A DNA stretch of 64,000 nucleotides from an uncultured Gemmatimonadales bacterium (GCA_963851265.1 CAWKNZ010000010.1:96001-160000); one strand, 5' to 3'; shown: positions 10,912 to 21,454, numbered from the stretch's first letter. Numbers and translations are program-made. The notes: a model not told the origin generated them from the sequence alone.

Positions 10912-11910
10912 TCACCCGTTCACGGTGCGCATCGTCGCCTCCGGGTACCGCGCGCCCGACGCGACGCCCTGCGGCGCGATCTCGTCGATCCGCGCGAGGT
11001 CGGCGGGCGTGAGCACGACGTCGAGCGCGCCGACGTTCTCCTCCAGGTACGGCACGCGCTTGGTGCCCGGGATCGGCACGACGTCATCACCTTGCGCCAG
11101 CAGCCAGGCGAGGGCGAGCTGCGACGCGGTGCACGCCTTCTCGCGGGCGAGCGTCTCGACGAGCGCGACGACGTCGAGGTTCCGCCGGAAGTTGTCGCCC
11201 TGGAAGCGGGGCGAGTTCCGCCGGTAGTCGTCCGCCGGAAGGTCGTCGGCCGAGCGGAACCGCCCGGTGAGGAAGCCGCGCCCTAGTGGACTGTAGGGCA
11301 CGAAGCCGACGCCGAGCGCGCGGCACGTCGGCAGGACCTCGTCCTCCACGTCGCGGCTCCAGAGCGAGTACTCCGTCTGGAGCGCCGCGATCGGGTGCAC
11401 GGCGTGCGCGCGCCGTATCGTCGCCGGCGCGGCCTCGCTCAGCCCCAGGTGGCGCACCTTGCCCGCCCCGACCAGTGCCGCCATCGCGCCCACGGTGTCC
11501 TCGATCGGGACCTTGGGGTCGACGCGGTGCTGGTAGTACAGGTCGATGTGATCGACGCCCAGCCGCTGCAGCGACGCGTCGCACGCGCGGCGCACGTACT
11601 CGGGCGAGCCCTCGATGCCGAGGAACGCGCCGTCTTCCGACCGCACGTTGCCGAACTTCGTCGCGAGCACCACGCGGTCGCGCGCGGAGGCGCCGGCCTC
11701 CCGGAGCGCGCGCCCCACGAGCCGCTCGTTGGTGAACGGGCCGTACATGTCGGCCGTATCGAGGAAGGTCACCCCGAGGTCGAGGGCGCGGTGGATCGTC
11801 GCGATCGACTCCGCGTCGTCGCGCCCCGCGTAGAAATCGGACATCCCCATACACCCGAGACCGAGGGCGGACACGTCGAGCGCGTCGGGGCCGAGTTGGC
11901 GGTGTTGCAT
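10912..11910 (-). CDS. Aldo/keto reductase
   Basis: [60 protein letters not shown]. Confidence 0.95.
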   Translation of the reverse strand: MQHRQLGPDALDVSALGLGCMGMSDFYAGRDDAESIATIHRALDLGVTFLDTADMYGPFTNERLVGRALREAGASARDRVVLATKFGNVRSEDGAFLGIEGSPEYVRRACDASLQRLGVDHIDLYYQHRVDPKVPIEDTVGAMAALVGAGKVRHLGLSEAAPATIRRAHAVHPIAALQTEYSLWSRDVEDEVLPTCRALGVGFVPYSPLGRGFLTGRFRSADDLPADDYRRNSPRFQGDNFRRNLDVVALVETLAREKACTASQLALAWLLAQGDDVVPIPGTKRVPYLEENVGALDVVLTPADLARIDEIAPQGVASGARYPEATMRTVNG

Positions 11911-12126
11911 GTGCTCCTCCTGGTACGTGCTGGTGCGTGGCGGCAGGAAGCGGTCGCCCGGACCGGCGCGCCGCGGGCGCGTGGCGCACGCAAGGCGCAA
12001 GCCCGCGTCGTGTGCGCGGGTCGCGCGGCCGTCGCCGGCCGCGCGCGTGGCGCGCCCGCTACACCGTCGACATCTTCGTGCGCGGCCGTCGGCCGCCCAC
12101 CACCTGGTCAGCAACGCACTCCACGC

Positions 12127-13413
12127 ATGTCCCTGCCCCATCGCGCGCGGGCCCGGCCCGTACTCGGGCTGATGCTCGCGCCCTTCGCGGCCACCCTCGC
12201 CCCGCGCGCGACGGTCGGCGCGCAGACGCAGGCAACGCCCGCCGCGCCGTCGCGGCCCGCGCAGACGGAGGCCGACGCGTACACGCGCTACGAGCTCCTC
12301 ACGCCCGGCTCCGCCAAGTTCCGGATCGTCTACGAGGTCACGGCGACCACGCCCGGCGCCACCGAGTACTACAACCCGATCCGCCCAGGCAGCGTGGCGA
12401 GCGACGAGCGCGTCACCGACCGCGCGACCGGACGGCCGCTCGCCTTCGCGCAGGTCGACGGCCGCGCGGCGCGCGCCGGCGGCGTGACCGGCGCGGATTC
12501 GGCCGGCGCGTACATCCGCGTCACCCTCGCGCGGCCGGTCCCGCCTAACGGAGGCGGGCGCGTGCTGATCGAGAAGACCTACGAGGACCCGAAGAGCTAC
12601 CGCGTCGACGGGCGGGACCTCGTCTTCGAGCGCGCGTTCGGCATCAAGCGCAACGCGGTCGTGCTCCCGCCGGGCTACGAGCTGGTCGCGTGCAACTACC
12701 CGTCGCAGGTCCGGCACGAGCCCGACGGGCGGGTGGCGGTGAGCTTCTGGAACGCCACGCCGGCCCCGGCGCCGCTCGTCCTCCGCGCCCGCCCCGGCGC
12801 GCCGCGCCCGGCGGCCCCGTCGAGCGCCGCCGCGCGGATCGACGAGCGCGCGCACGGCACGCGCGCCATCGTCTACTTCCTCCGGCAGCCCGAGACGCAC
12901 ACCTTCGACCTCTACCACGATTACACCGAGTCGCGCCCCGGCACGAGCACCTACGTCAACGTCGTGCGCGCGGGCAGCAGGGTGTCAGCCCCCTCCGCGC
13001 GCGACCTCGACACGGGCGAGTCGCTGCGCTGGGAGGTGCTGCGCGGCGCCGCGATCGCCGCCGCGCCGGGCGTCTCGATGGCCGGCGAACCGCCGGTCAC
13101 GCCGCAGACCGAGGCCGTGGTGTTCCGCTTCGCACCCGTTAGGCCCGGCGCGTCGGTGCGCCTCCGCATGTCCGAGACGTACACCGACAGCTCGCGCTAC
13201 ACGCTGAACGGCGACGAGCTGGTGTGGAACCGGTCGTTCGGCCGTCCCGCCAACGCGGTCGTGCTGCCGCCCGGCTGGGTGCTCACGGGGAGCGCGGCCC
13301 CGGCGACGGTGGGCGAGATGCCCGACGGTCGCATCCGGCTCGACTTCATCAACCCGCGCCCGGACGACCTCGCGGTACTCATCACCGCGCGCCGGCGAGT
13401 CGCCGGGTCGTGA
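12127..13413 (+). CDS. Exported protein with two tandem homologous domains, function unknown
   Basis: Signal-like N-terminus; halves share TY.D...Y...[18 protein letters not shown]......PDGR....F.N. Confidence 0.75.
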   Translation: MSLPHRARARPVLGLMLAPFAATLAPRATVGAQTQATPAAPSRPAQTEADAYTRYELLTPGSAKFRIVYEVTATTPGATEYYNPIRPGSVASDERVTDRATGRPLAFAQVDGRAARAGGVTGADSAGAYIRVTLARPVPPNGGGRVLIEKTYEDPKSYRVDGRDLVFERAFGIKRNAVVLPPGYELVACNYPSQVRHEPDGRVAVSFWNATPAPAPLVLRARPGAPRPAAPSSAAARIDERAHGTRAIVYFLRQPETHTFDLYHDYTESRPGTSTYVNVVRAGSRVSAPSARDLDTGESLRWEVLRGAAIAAAPGVSMAGEPPVTPQTEAVVFRFAPVRPGASVRLRMSETYTDSSRYTLNGDELVWNRSFGRPANAVVLPPGWVLTGSAAPATVGEMPDGRIRLDFINPRPDDLAVLITARRRVAGS

Positions 13414-14171
13414 CGGCGGGCCAGTCGCCCGCGACCGCCGTGTACGTCGGGTGCGCGGGGTGGAGCATTCCTCGCGTGTCGCAGGGCGACTTCCCCGGCG
13501 ACGGCTCGCATCTCGAACGGTACGCCGCGCGCTTCCCCGGGGTCGAGATCAACTCGTCGTTCTACCGCCCACACCGACCGGCGACGTACGCGCGGTGGGG
13601 CGCGTCCGTGCCCGCTGCGTTCCGCTTCTCCGTCAAGTTGCCGCGCGCGATCACGCACGAGCGGCGACTCGTCGGGACCGAGCCGCTCCTGGACGGGTTC
13701 CTCGCCGACGCGTCGGCGCTCGGCACGCATCTCGGGTGCCTGTTGGTCCAGCTGCCGCCGAGCCTCGCGTTCGACGCGTCGGTGGCGGACGCGTTCATGG
13801 GCACACTCCGGGCGCGCCACGCGGGCCCGGTGGTCGTCGAGCCGCGGCATGCGAGCTGGTTCGTGCCGGCCGCCGACCGGGTGCTCGACGCGTGGTGCAT
13901 GGGTCGCGTGGCGGCCGACCCTGCCAGGGTGCCGCTGGCGGCCGAGCCGGGCGGCTGGCCGGACACCATCTACTACCGGCTGCACGGCTCGCCGCGCACG
14001 TACTACTCCTCGTACGACGAGGCCTACCTCGACCGGCTCGCCGAGCGGCTGATCGGCGAGCGCGCGGGGGCCGCGTGGTGCGTGTTCGACAACACCGCGC
14101 TCGGCGCGGCGACGCCTAACGCGCTCGCCCTGGTCGACCGGCTCGCCGCCGCGGCCACGCGCGGCGGGTGA
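13410..14171 (+). CDS. DUF72 family protein
   Basis: YVGCAGWS, VEINSSFYR, FRFSVKLPRAITH, LVQLPPS, EPRHASW, YYRLHG, CVFDN. Confidence 0.9.
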   Translation: MTAGQSPATAVYVGCAGWSIPRVSQGDFPGDGSHLERYAARFPGVEINSSFYRPHRPATYARWGASVPAAFRFSVKLPRAITHERRLVGTEPLLDGFLADASALGTHLGCLLVQLPPSLAFDASVADAFMGTLRARHAGPVVVEPRHASWFVPAADRVLDAWCMGRVAADPARVPLAAEPGGWPDTIYYRLHGSPRTYYSSYDEAYLDRLAERLIGERAGAAWCVFDNTALGAATPNALALVDRLAAAATRGG

Positions 14172-14195
14172 TGCGGCGCCGGGTGCGACGTCGGG

Positions 14196-15167
14196 TCAGG
14201 GCGCCCGGTTGATGCGCGCGCTGGCGCCCGCCGTCGCGAGCGACGAGGCCGCGTCGACGGCGCGCGCCAGCCACGGCTCCGCGGCGTCGCCCGGCTCGCG
14301 TTCCGCGACCCCGACGGTGCACGTGAGGTCGAACGTGCGACCGGCGGCACGGGCTCGTGCGTCGTGCCGCTCGAACGCGGCGCGCACGCGCGCTGCCGCC
14401 GCCGCGCCGTGGTGCGGCGTACCCGTCCCGACGGCGTAGACTGCGAACGCATCGTCGCCGATGCGGGCGACGACGTCGGAATCGCGAACGACGCCGCGCA
14501 GCGCCTCCGCCACGGAGCACACCGCGTCGTCGCCCGCGGCGTCGCCGTGCGTCGCGTACGCCGTGGCGAGCCCGTCGACGCGCACGCAGAGGACGGCGTC
14601 GGTCCGGCGCATACGCGCGGCGACGCGGACCGCGTGCGCCGTCTCCCGCACGAACCCCCGTCGGTTGAGGAGGCCGGTCAGCGGGTCGCGGTCGACGCGC
14701 GCGGCGAGTTCCCGCGCGAGACGGGCGCGTTCACGTGCGGCGCGGCGCTCGTCGGTGACGTCTCGGCCGACGCAGACGACGCCGCACGCGCGCCCCACAT
14801 CGTCGCGGAGGGCGATGAATTCCCACGCCACGCGGCGGAGGTCGCCGTGCAGGGTGAACAGCTCTCCCTGGCCGCGTGCCGAGACGCCCGCCGTCGCCGC
14901 GGCGACGAGCGCGCGCGTCTCACAGCCCGCCGGGACGAACCCGTCGCCCCACTCGGCGCCGACGACGTCGGCCCGCGCCCACCCGGTCGCGTCGAGGAAC
15001 GCCTCGTTGACGAACGTCACGCGTCCCTCGGCGTCGAGCTGAACGGAAAACGCGCTGAGGCCGCCCAGGACGGCGTGCAGCCGCGCGTCGGGATTCGACG
15101 TCGCGCCGTCCGGCCCGGAACACGTGTCGCCGCAGGACGCGTCCTGCGCAGTGGGGAGGAGGACCAT
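14196..15167 (-). CDS. PAS + degenerate GGDEF domain protein
   Basis: PAS (LDAEGRVTFVNEAF...GRDVT), RDPLTGLLNRRGF, RDSD I-site, GDDAF in place of GGDEF. Confidence 0.82.
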   Translation of the reverse strand: MVLLPTAQDASCGDTCSGPDGATSNPDARLHAVLGGLSAFSVQLDAEGRVTFVNEAFLDATGWARADVVGAEWGDGFVPAGCETRALVAAATAGVSARGQGELFTLHGDLRRVAWEFIALRDDVGRACGVVCVGRDVTDERRAARERARLARELAARVDRDPLTGLLNRRGFVRETAHAVRVAARMRRTDAVLCVRVDGLATAYATHGDAAGDDAVCSVAEALRGVVRDSDVVARIGDDAFAVYAVGTGTPHHGAAAAARVRAAFERHDARARAAGRTFDLTCTVGVAEREPGDAAEPWLARAVDAASSLATAGASARINRAP

Positions 15168-15523
15168 GGAACTCGGGAATGGAGGGCAGCGAGAAGCTAT
15201 GGCGAAGCGCCGCGTGGCGGCTGCCCTGTGTCGGCATAGATGCGGCCGGAGCGAGCTGGTCGCCGGACAGCATATGTGACGCACGGCACAGGCGCGAGTA
15301 GGACGATCGATGCGGTGCGGCGTTTCTGAGTTCTCTTCGCTCCGGGCGGCCGGATGACGAGGTGTGGTGATATCGGCGGACGCGCCGACACTCGACGTCG
15401 CGCAACTTGCTTGTAAGACGATCCGCGCGGCCGCCGACACGTCGTCGGCCGTGACGAAGTTCCGCCACCGTTCGTATGTGTGGCGGAGCAAACTGCAAGC
15501 GTTGCGTGTTCACGCGTAGCTCC

Positions 15524-17095
15524 ATGCCGTTTCGCCGCGCCGTTCCCGCATCCCGAACCGAGTCCGCCGTGCCGCCGACCGCCGCCCCCGACGCTCCTGT
15601 ATTGCTCACACCGCCTGCCGGCGCGACTCCGCCCGCAGTCCCGGCACCGGCCGAGCCGATGCCCGCGGTCACCGTGGAACCGTCGCATGACATGCCGACC
15701 GTCGACGCGGCCGCCGCGGGCGCGTCGGCGGCCGGGGTCGCGGCGGGGGCGCTCGACGCGGGGGCGTGGGCGGGGGTGGACCCGCTGCGGGGGAGCTTCG
15801 CGGAGTTCGCGCGGCCGAGCGGGCCGGACCTGGTGGCGCGCACGGCGGGGATCGCGCCGTGGATCGCGGCGCGGCGCGCGGCCGAGGTGTGGCCGTACGC
15901 GCGGGCGGTGGAGGGGGGCGTGGGCCCGGTGGCGCGGGCCGAGGGGGCGCGGTTCGCGCCCGGGGCGGCCGGGGACGCGGCGGCGGGGGCGGGCTACGTG
16001 GAGGGGCTCAACTTCGCCACGCAGGACTACCTCTCGCTCGCGGCGCACCCGGCGGTGCGGGCGGCCGCGGCCGACGCGCTCGAGCGCTTCGGCGTGCACT
16101 CCGGGGGCTCGGGCGCGCTGCAGGGGCGCTCGGCGGCCTCGCGCGCGCTGGAGCGCGAGCTGGGCGAGGCGCTGGGCGTGGAGCACGTGGTGCTCTTCTC
16201 CAGCGGCTGGGGCGCGGCGTTCGCGGCGGTGACCGCGCTGGTGCGCCCCGACGACCACGTGGTCATGGACCGCCTGGCGCACGCCTCGCTGCAGACCGGG
16301 GCGCAGGCGGCCACCGCGAACGTGACGCGCGTGGAGCACCTGAGCGTGCCGGCCCTGGCGCGCGCGCTCGCCCAGATCCGCGCGGCCGACGCGCGCCACG
16401 GGATCCTGGTGCTCACCGAGGGCCTGTTCTCGATGGACGCCGACTCGCCCGACCTCGGCGCCATGCGCGCGGTGTGCCGCGAGTACCAGGCGACGCTCCT
16501 GGTCGACGTGGCGCACGACTTCGGCGCGCTCGGCCCCGGGGGCACGGGGCACGTGGGGCGCTCGGGGCTCCTGGGCGAGGTGGACCTGGTGATGGGCGCG
16601 TTCTCGAAGACCTTCGCCTCGAACGGCGGCTTCGTGGCCACGCGCTCCGCCGGGGTGCGCGCCTACCTGGAGGCCTACGGCGGCCCCTACACGTTCTCCA
16701 ACGCGCTCTCGCCGCTGCAGGTGGCCGTGGTGCGCGCGGCGCTCGCCATCGTGCGCGGGCCCGAGGGCGCCGCGCGCCGCGAGCGCCTGCTGGCCAACGT
16801 CGCGGCGCTGCGCGCGGCGCTCGGCGCGCGCGGGCTCGCGTGCCTCGGCGAGCCCGCCGCCGTGGTGCCCGTGCTCATCGGCCACACCCCGCTGGCGCGC
16901 CTGGCCAGCGGCGGCGTGCTGCGCCGCGGGCTCTTCGCCAACCTGGTCGAGTTCCCCGCCGTCGGCGTGCGCGCCGCGCGCTTCCGCCTCCAGGCCCAGG
17001 CCGACCACACCCCCGCCCAGTGCGCCGACGCCGCCGCCCGCCTCGCCGACGCCGTCGCCGAGGCCCGCGCCGCCCTCGCCCACCGCCGCGGGTAG
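15524..17095 (+). CDS. PLP-dependent alpha-oxoamine synthase family enzyme (AONS/KBL/SPT-like)
   Basis: NFATQDYLSL, DRLAHASL, EGLFSMD, VDVAHDFG, AFSKTF (PLP lysine), FSNALSP; start uncertain (15524, 15659 or 15692). Confidence 0.85.
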   Translation: MPFRRAVPASRTESAVPPTAAPDAPVLLTPPAGATPPAVPAPAEPMPAVTVEPSHDMPTVDAAAAGASAAGVAAGALDAGAWAGVDPLRGSFAEFARPSGPDLVARTAGIAPWIAARRAAEVWPYARAVEGGVGPVARAEGARFAPGAAGDAAAGAGYVEGLNFATQDYLSLAAHPAVRAAAADALERFGVHSGGSGALQGRSAASRALERELGEALGVEHVVLFSSGWGAAFAAVTALVRPDDHVVMDRLAHASLQTGAQAATANVTRVEHLSVPALARALAQIRAADARHGILVLTEGLFSMDADSPDLGAMRAVCREYQATLLVDVAHDFGALGPGGTGHVGRSGLLGEVDLVMGAFSKTFASNGGFVATRSAGVRAYLEAYGGPYTFSNALSPLQVAVVRAALAIVRGPEGAARRERLLANVAALRAALGARGLACLGEPAAVVPVLIGHTPLARLASGGVLRRGLFANLVEFPAVGVRAARFRLQAQADHTPAQCADAAARLADAVAEARAALAHRRG

Positions 17096-17110
17096 CCCGG
17101 CCACGGCCTA

Positions 17111-17158
17111 ACGCGACGCGCCCCCCGCCGGACCGGTCCGGCGGGGGGCGCGTCGCGT
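17111..17158. repeat. Perfect 48-bp palindrome between convergent genes (probable bidirectional terminator hairpin)
   Basis: ACGCGACGCGCCCCCCGCCGGACC followed directly by its exact reverse complement. Confidence 0.85.
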
Positions 17159-17202
17159 GGAAAATGGGGAGGCCACGATCGCGCGTCGAGCGCGTTCGCG
17201 CA

Positions 17203-18636
17203 TCAGTGTAGGCCGACCTGCCCGCGCACCGACGCGAACAGCCGTACCGCGTCGTAGCCGACACCGCCCTTGAACACGGTCTCGACGTGCTCGACGTCGG
17301 CGATGCGGGCAGACGGATCGCCGAGCACGACGACGAGGTCGGCGCGACGGCCCGCCGCGACGGTCCCGATCCGATCGGTCTGCCCGAGGTAGGTGGCTCC
17401 GTTGAGCGTGGCGATGCGGATCGCCTCCAGCGGCGTGAACCCGGCCTCGACGAGCAGTTCCAGCTCGCGGTGATTCGCGTAGCCAGCGACGACGCCGCCG
17501 TATCCGGTCGGGTCCGTGCCGGCCAGCAGCAGTCCCCCCGCGCGCACGAACTCGCGTTCGAACTGCATCTCGTTCGCGAAGATCCGCGTCCACGGAGACG
17601 CGGGCTGCGCGGCGATGCGCCGCCACGTGCGCTCGTACTGCTCGCGCGCCTCGGGAAGCATGGCGTCGAGCGCGCCCGCCGGCGCCTCCGGCCGACCGGG
17701 CGTGTACGTCTCGAACACGGTGAGCGTCGACGTGACCGCGACGTGGTGCGCGACGAGGTCCCGGATCAGCGACTGGACCGGTTCGGAGCGGACGTCGAGT
17801 GCCGCGACCGAAGCCGCCCCAGCCGCGGCCGGGCAATCGTCCGCGCGCTTGCCCGGCGCGAAGTCGGTCGCGACGGCGAGCCCGTGCTCGAGGTTGTCGA
17901 TCCCGAGTGCGGCCGCCTCGCGGAAGGTCACCGAACAGAGATGCCCGGTGATCTTGAGCCCGCGCCGGTGCGCTTCGTCGGCCGCGGCTTTCAGCTCGGC
18001 GCGCGTGATGTGCATGTAGGCCTTGAACGACGTCGCGCCGCGGTCGGCCCAGTAGGCGACCGTTTGCCGCGCGTCGTCGGCCCCTGTGAGGGCGTGGACC
18101 TGGTAGATGGGCAGGCCGGGCCCCTCGAGGTACGGGGCGGTCGCGTCGAGCGACGGGCCGGCCGCGCGACCGCCGTCGATCGCCGCCTTCAGCTCGAGGT
18201 CGGCGTAGCCGGCCATGTTGCCCGCGGTGCGCGCGGTGGTCACGCCGCCGGCGAGGTAGAGGCGCGGAAAGCTGAACGCCTGCTCGTTGTAGACGGTCCC
18301 ACCCCCGGACGGGTAGAACATGTGCTCGTGCATCATGACGAGGCCGGGGAGCACGGAGCGCCCGGGCAGGTCGAGCACGCGCGCGTCGTTAGGCACCGGC
18401 GTCGTCGCGGCGTCGCCGACGGCACGCACGACCCCGTGATCGACGACGACGCTCTGGTCGGCGCGCGCGGGCGCGCCGGTCCCGTCGATCACGCGCACGT
18501 GGCGGAGCACGAACAGCGCGGTGTCCAACGACACGAACGCGCGCACCTCGGGGGCCAGCGTCGACGTCTGCGCGGGCGTCCGGGCGAACGGGGTGAGCGC
18601 GAGCAGCGCGGCGGGCAGGTAGGCGGACAGGCGCAT
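17203..18636 (-). CDS. Secreted amidohydrolase-family protein
   Basis: Signal peptide; HVRVIDGTG, PGLVMMHEH, GVTTART, ITGHL, LEHG, LLAGTD, ADLVV. Confidence 0.88.
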   Translation of the reverse strand: MRLSAYLPAALLALTPFARTPAQTSTLAPEVRAFVSLDTALFVLRHVRVIDGTGAPARADQSVVVDHGVVRAVGDAATTPVPNDARVLDLPGRSVLPGLVMMHEHMFYPSGGGTVYNEQAFSFPRLYLAGGVTTARTAGNMAGYADLELKAAIDGGRAAGPSLDATAPYLEGPGLPIYQVHALTGADDARQTVAYWADRGATSFKAYMHITRAELKAAADEAHRRGLKITGHLCSVTFREAAALGIDNLEHGLAVATDFAPGKRADDCPAAAGAASVAALDVRSEPVQSLIRDLVAHHVAVTSTLTVFETYTPGRPEAPAGALDAMLPEAREQYERTWRRIAAQPASPWTRIFANEMQFEREFVRAGGLLLAGTDPTGYGGVVAGYANHRELELLVEAGFTPLEAIRIATLNGATYLGQTDRIGTVAAGRRADLVVVLGDPSARIADVEHVETVFKGGVGYDAVRLFASVRGQVGLH

Positions 18637-18697
18637 GGCCGGGGTGCGGGCGGAGAGAAACTTTGGTGGCGCGGCTGAGCGGGCGCCGGCGAGACCG

Positions 18698-19918
18698 TCA
18701 GGCGACACCGGCGGGCCTGGTGCCCCGGCGTGCGGCGGCGAGGGCGAACACGCCGAGCGCGGCGACGCCGACGAGCGCCTCGGCGAACAGGGCGCCGTCG
18801 GCCCCGTGCGCGTCGTGCGCCCAGCCGGCCACGCGGAGCATGCCGAGGCTGAACAACGTGTTGAGCGCGAAGAACAGATTCAACTTCGTGGCCGCCGCGG
18901 TGCGGCCGACGATCGCGAGCGCGAGGACCGTGAACGCGGCCACGGTCATGCCGAGCGCGAAGGTGTAGAGCAGGGTCGCGGCCGCGTAGCCGACCGCGGT
19001 GCGCGGCGAGAGCGCCATGGCCACACACGCCGCCAGCCCGAGGGCGCACGACGCCGCGTACGCGGCCGGCGGGGGTACGCGCTCGGCGAGGCGGCCGCCG
19101 GCGAAACAGCCGGCGACGATCGCCGCGCCGCCGCCCACGCCTAACACGAGCGAGACGGCGTCGCCCGACGCGTGCCACTCGGGGGCGAGCGAGCCGAAGA
19201 GGACCTGCGCCGCGCCGGTCCCGACGGGCAACACTGCGAGCAGGAGCGCGACGCGCCCGTCTCGCGAGCGCAGCACCTCGACAAGGTGCCCCCACGCTTC
19301 GGCCGCGCGGTGAGCGACCGACGTGCCCGTGGCAGTCGGGGGCGGGTCTTCGAGGCCGCGCAGGGCGAGGGCGCACGCGGCGGCGATCATGGCGAGTACG
19401 GTGCCGGCCATCCACGGCGCCGGCACGTGCGTGAGAAGCCATAGTCCGAGCCCGCCGCCCGCGGTCTGGGCGAACTGGTTGCCCGACTGGAACCATCCCG
19501 CCGCACGCCCGCGGTAGGCTGCAGGCGTGTTGTGAACGAGGAGTCCTTCGGTCGCGAAAGCGACGAAGGTGGCGGCGACCCCCGTCAGCAGCACGAGCGC
19601 GGAGAGCGCGGGCGCCGTCCGCGTCGTGAACGGGATGGTCGTGAGCGCGAGCAGCCCCGCCGCGGTGAGCGAAATCGCGAGCAGGTACCACCGTTTGCGC
19701 GACAGCGTGTAGTCGCCGATCGGGGCCCACAGGAACTTCCAGCCGGCCGCGAGGAGGCTCATCCCGACGACGCCCGAGACGATCGACACGGGCACGCCGG
19801 CGCGGCGCCCGATGTAGCCGAGGGCGATCGAGGGAAAGCCGAAGCTGAGGCCGTACGGGAAGTACAGGATCGCCCAGACCCACGGGCGGGGCGCGGTCGC
19901 GTCGCGCGCCCCCGTCAC
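18698..19918 (-). CDS. MFS transporter (AmpG-like)
   Basis: GTG overlapping the upstream stop; LYFPYGL.FGF, WKFLWAPIGD, RKRW; multiple TM helices. Confidence 0.75.
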   Translation of the reverse strand: MTGARDATAPRPWVWAILYFPYGLSFGFPSIALGYIGRRAGVPVSIVSGVVGMSLLAAGWKFLWAPIGDYTLSRKRWYLLAISLTAAGLLALTTIPFTTRTAPALSALVLLTGVAATFVAFATEGLLVHNTPAAYRGRAAGWFQSGNQFAQTAGGGLGLWLLTHVPAPWMAGTVLAMIAAACALALRGLEDPPPTATGTSVAHRAAEAWGHLVEVLRSRDGRVALLLAVLPVGTGAAQVLFGSLAPEWHASGDAVSLVLGVGGGAAIVAGCFAGGRLAERVPPPAAYAASCALGLAACVAMALSPRTAVGYAAATLLYTFALGMTVAAFTVLALAIVGRTAAATKLNLFFALNTLFSLGMLRVAGWAHDAHGADGALFAEALVGVAALGVFALAAARRGTRPAGVA

Positions 19919-20835
19919 GGCAGGCGCGTGCCCTCCGCGTACCGCGTGTCGTCGGACGCGCGCAACTCGAAGCCGGTGGAACGGCCGCCGGCGACGGTGA
20001 ACGAGACGAGCGCGAAATCGAAGTACTCCACCACCTCGCCGTTCTGCAAGCGCCCGAGGACGTAGTACCCCGGGCGTCGCGGCGCGAGCACCCAGTCGAC
20101 GTAACCGTCGCGCAGCGGGAAGAGTGCGGGCGTCATGCGGGCGCGCAACTCGCGGCCGTCGTAGCGCACGTCGAGCTTGACCGCGCGGGAGGCCTTGTCG
20201 GCCGGGTCGGCCGCGGTGTCGTGCGCGCCGGGAAAGCTGAACTTGACGTCGTATCGCCCGACGAGCGGGGTGGCCGCTTCGGGGGCGACGGCGGTCGTCT
20301 GCGACGGCGTCACATGTACGTGGAGCGGCACCGCGACGGTGTCCCACTCCATCGCGAGCGTGGCGCCGGTGGCGGTCACCTCCGGGAACCACCACGTCAG
20401 CACCTCGGTGAAGGCGCCGTGCGAGGGCAGGACCGGGATCCGCACCTGGCCGGCGCGCGGCTTCGGCCCCTGCGTGTGGAAGAGGGTGGTATCGTGGTCG
20501 AGCACGAGTTCCCACGGGCCCGTCTGTGCCGGGATGAGCCACACCGAGTAGCGGCCGGGGGCGACGGGTTGGCCTTCGAGCGTGACGGGCTTCGAGACGG
20601 CGAGCGTGGTGGCCGTATTCGCGCCCGCCGTCCAGATCTGTCCCCAGTGGACCTGCGTGCCGATGACGTTGCGGCGACCGCGAAGGCGTGGGCGCGAGTA
20701 GCGCACCTCCATGCGCGTGCCGTCGACGGTCTGCATGACCGACGCGGCCTCGCTCGCGGCGAGTTGGGCGCGCGCCGGGGACGCGACGACCAGGGCGACC
20801 GCCGCGAGCGCGGCGCTGGCAGGAAGCCGGATCAT
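19915..20835 (-). CDS. DUF2911 domain exported protein with extra C-terminal domain
   Basis: Signal peptide; VMQTVDGT.MEVRYSRP..RGR, W.AGAN.AT, PGRYSVW.IP, L.MEW. Confidence 0.8.
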   Translation of the reverse strand: MIRLPASAALAAVALVVASPARAQLAASEAASVMQTVDGTRMEVRYSRPRLRGRRNVIGTQVHWGQIWTAGANTATTLAVSKPVTLEGQPVAPGRYSVWLIPAQTGPWELVLDHDTTLFHTQGPKPRAGQVRIPVLPSHGAFTEVLTWWFPEVTATGATLAMEWDTVAVPLHVHVTPSQTTAVAPEAATPLVGRYDVKFSFPGAHDTAADPADKASRAVKLDVRYDGRELRARMTPALFPLRDGYVDWVLAPRRPGYYVLGRLQNGEVVEYFDFALVSFTVAGGRSTGFELRASDDTRYAEGTRLP

Positions 20836-21326
20836 CCGTAACGGTCGTCGATCGCGGAGCGGATCGCGTCGAGCGAGCGCCCGGCGCGGGCGAGGCGGAA
20901 CGCCATACGCCCCTGGCCGGTACAGATCGCGCACTCGCGCGCCATGCCGTCGCCCTCGTAGCAGCTGAGCAGCGAGTAGTGCGCGTGGTCGTCGGCGCAT
21001 CCGCAGTGGCAGCGAATGCCGTCGGCGATCTGCGGGATCTGGCGCACCTCGTCGAACGCGGGGATCGCGGCCGCCGCACCGAGCTCGCGCAGTCGCGCCG
21101 CGGTGAGGACGCGTGCGGCGTCGACGCCGGCGCGTGGGGTGGGGTGGGACGGACCGAACAACACACGCGGCGACGCGAGCGCGCGCAGGGTGTCCGGCGC
21201 ACCGACGCAGAGCGCCGCCGCCGCGAGCGCGGCGGCGTGGCCGGCGACGCGGCGCAACGCGCCTCGCCGGTCGAGGCGAGCGGCGCGTGGTGCCGGGCGG
21301 CCCGAAGGCGCCGCGTCCTCTTTCAT
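20832..21326 (-). CDS. PCYCGC-motif-like Cys/His-rich protein, possible Tat substrate
   Basis: DRRGAL leader; RCHCGC...HYSLLSCY...ECAIC...IRSAIDDRYG. Confidence 0.7.
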   Translation of the reverse strand: MKEDAAPSGRPAPRAARLDRRGALRRVAGHAAALAAAALCVGAPDTLRALASPRVLFGPSHPTPRAGVDAARVLTAARLRELGAAAAIPAFDEVRQIPQIADGIRCHCGCADDHAHYSLLSCYEGDGMARECAICTGQGRMAFRLARAGRSLDAIRSAIDDRYG

Positions 21327-21454
21327 GCACGCTCCTGACGTGAGATTACCACCCGGCCGGCGTCCGGCGCCGCGGGCGCCCCCACGATACGTCGGGACGC
21401 CGGGGTGTCAAGCGACGCGTCCTCGGCGCGGCGCACGCCGCCCAGGGCCTAACG

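Noticed and set aside
15170..15520. c-di-GMP or other riboswitch in the GGDEF/synthase spacer
   Set aside because: Hairpins are present but I could not match a known aptamer consensus by eye; an Infernal/Rfam search is needed.
15524..17095. Assignment as bioF, ALA synthase or CqsA
   Set aside because: Only family-level motifs are visible, with no diagnostic residues or pathway neighbours.
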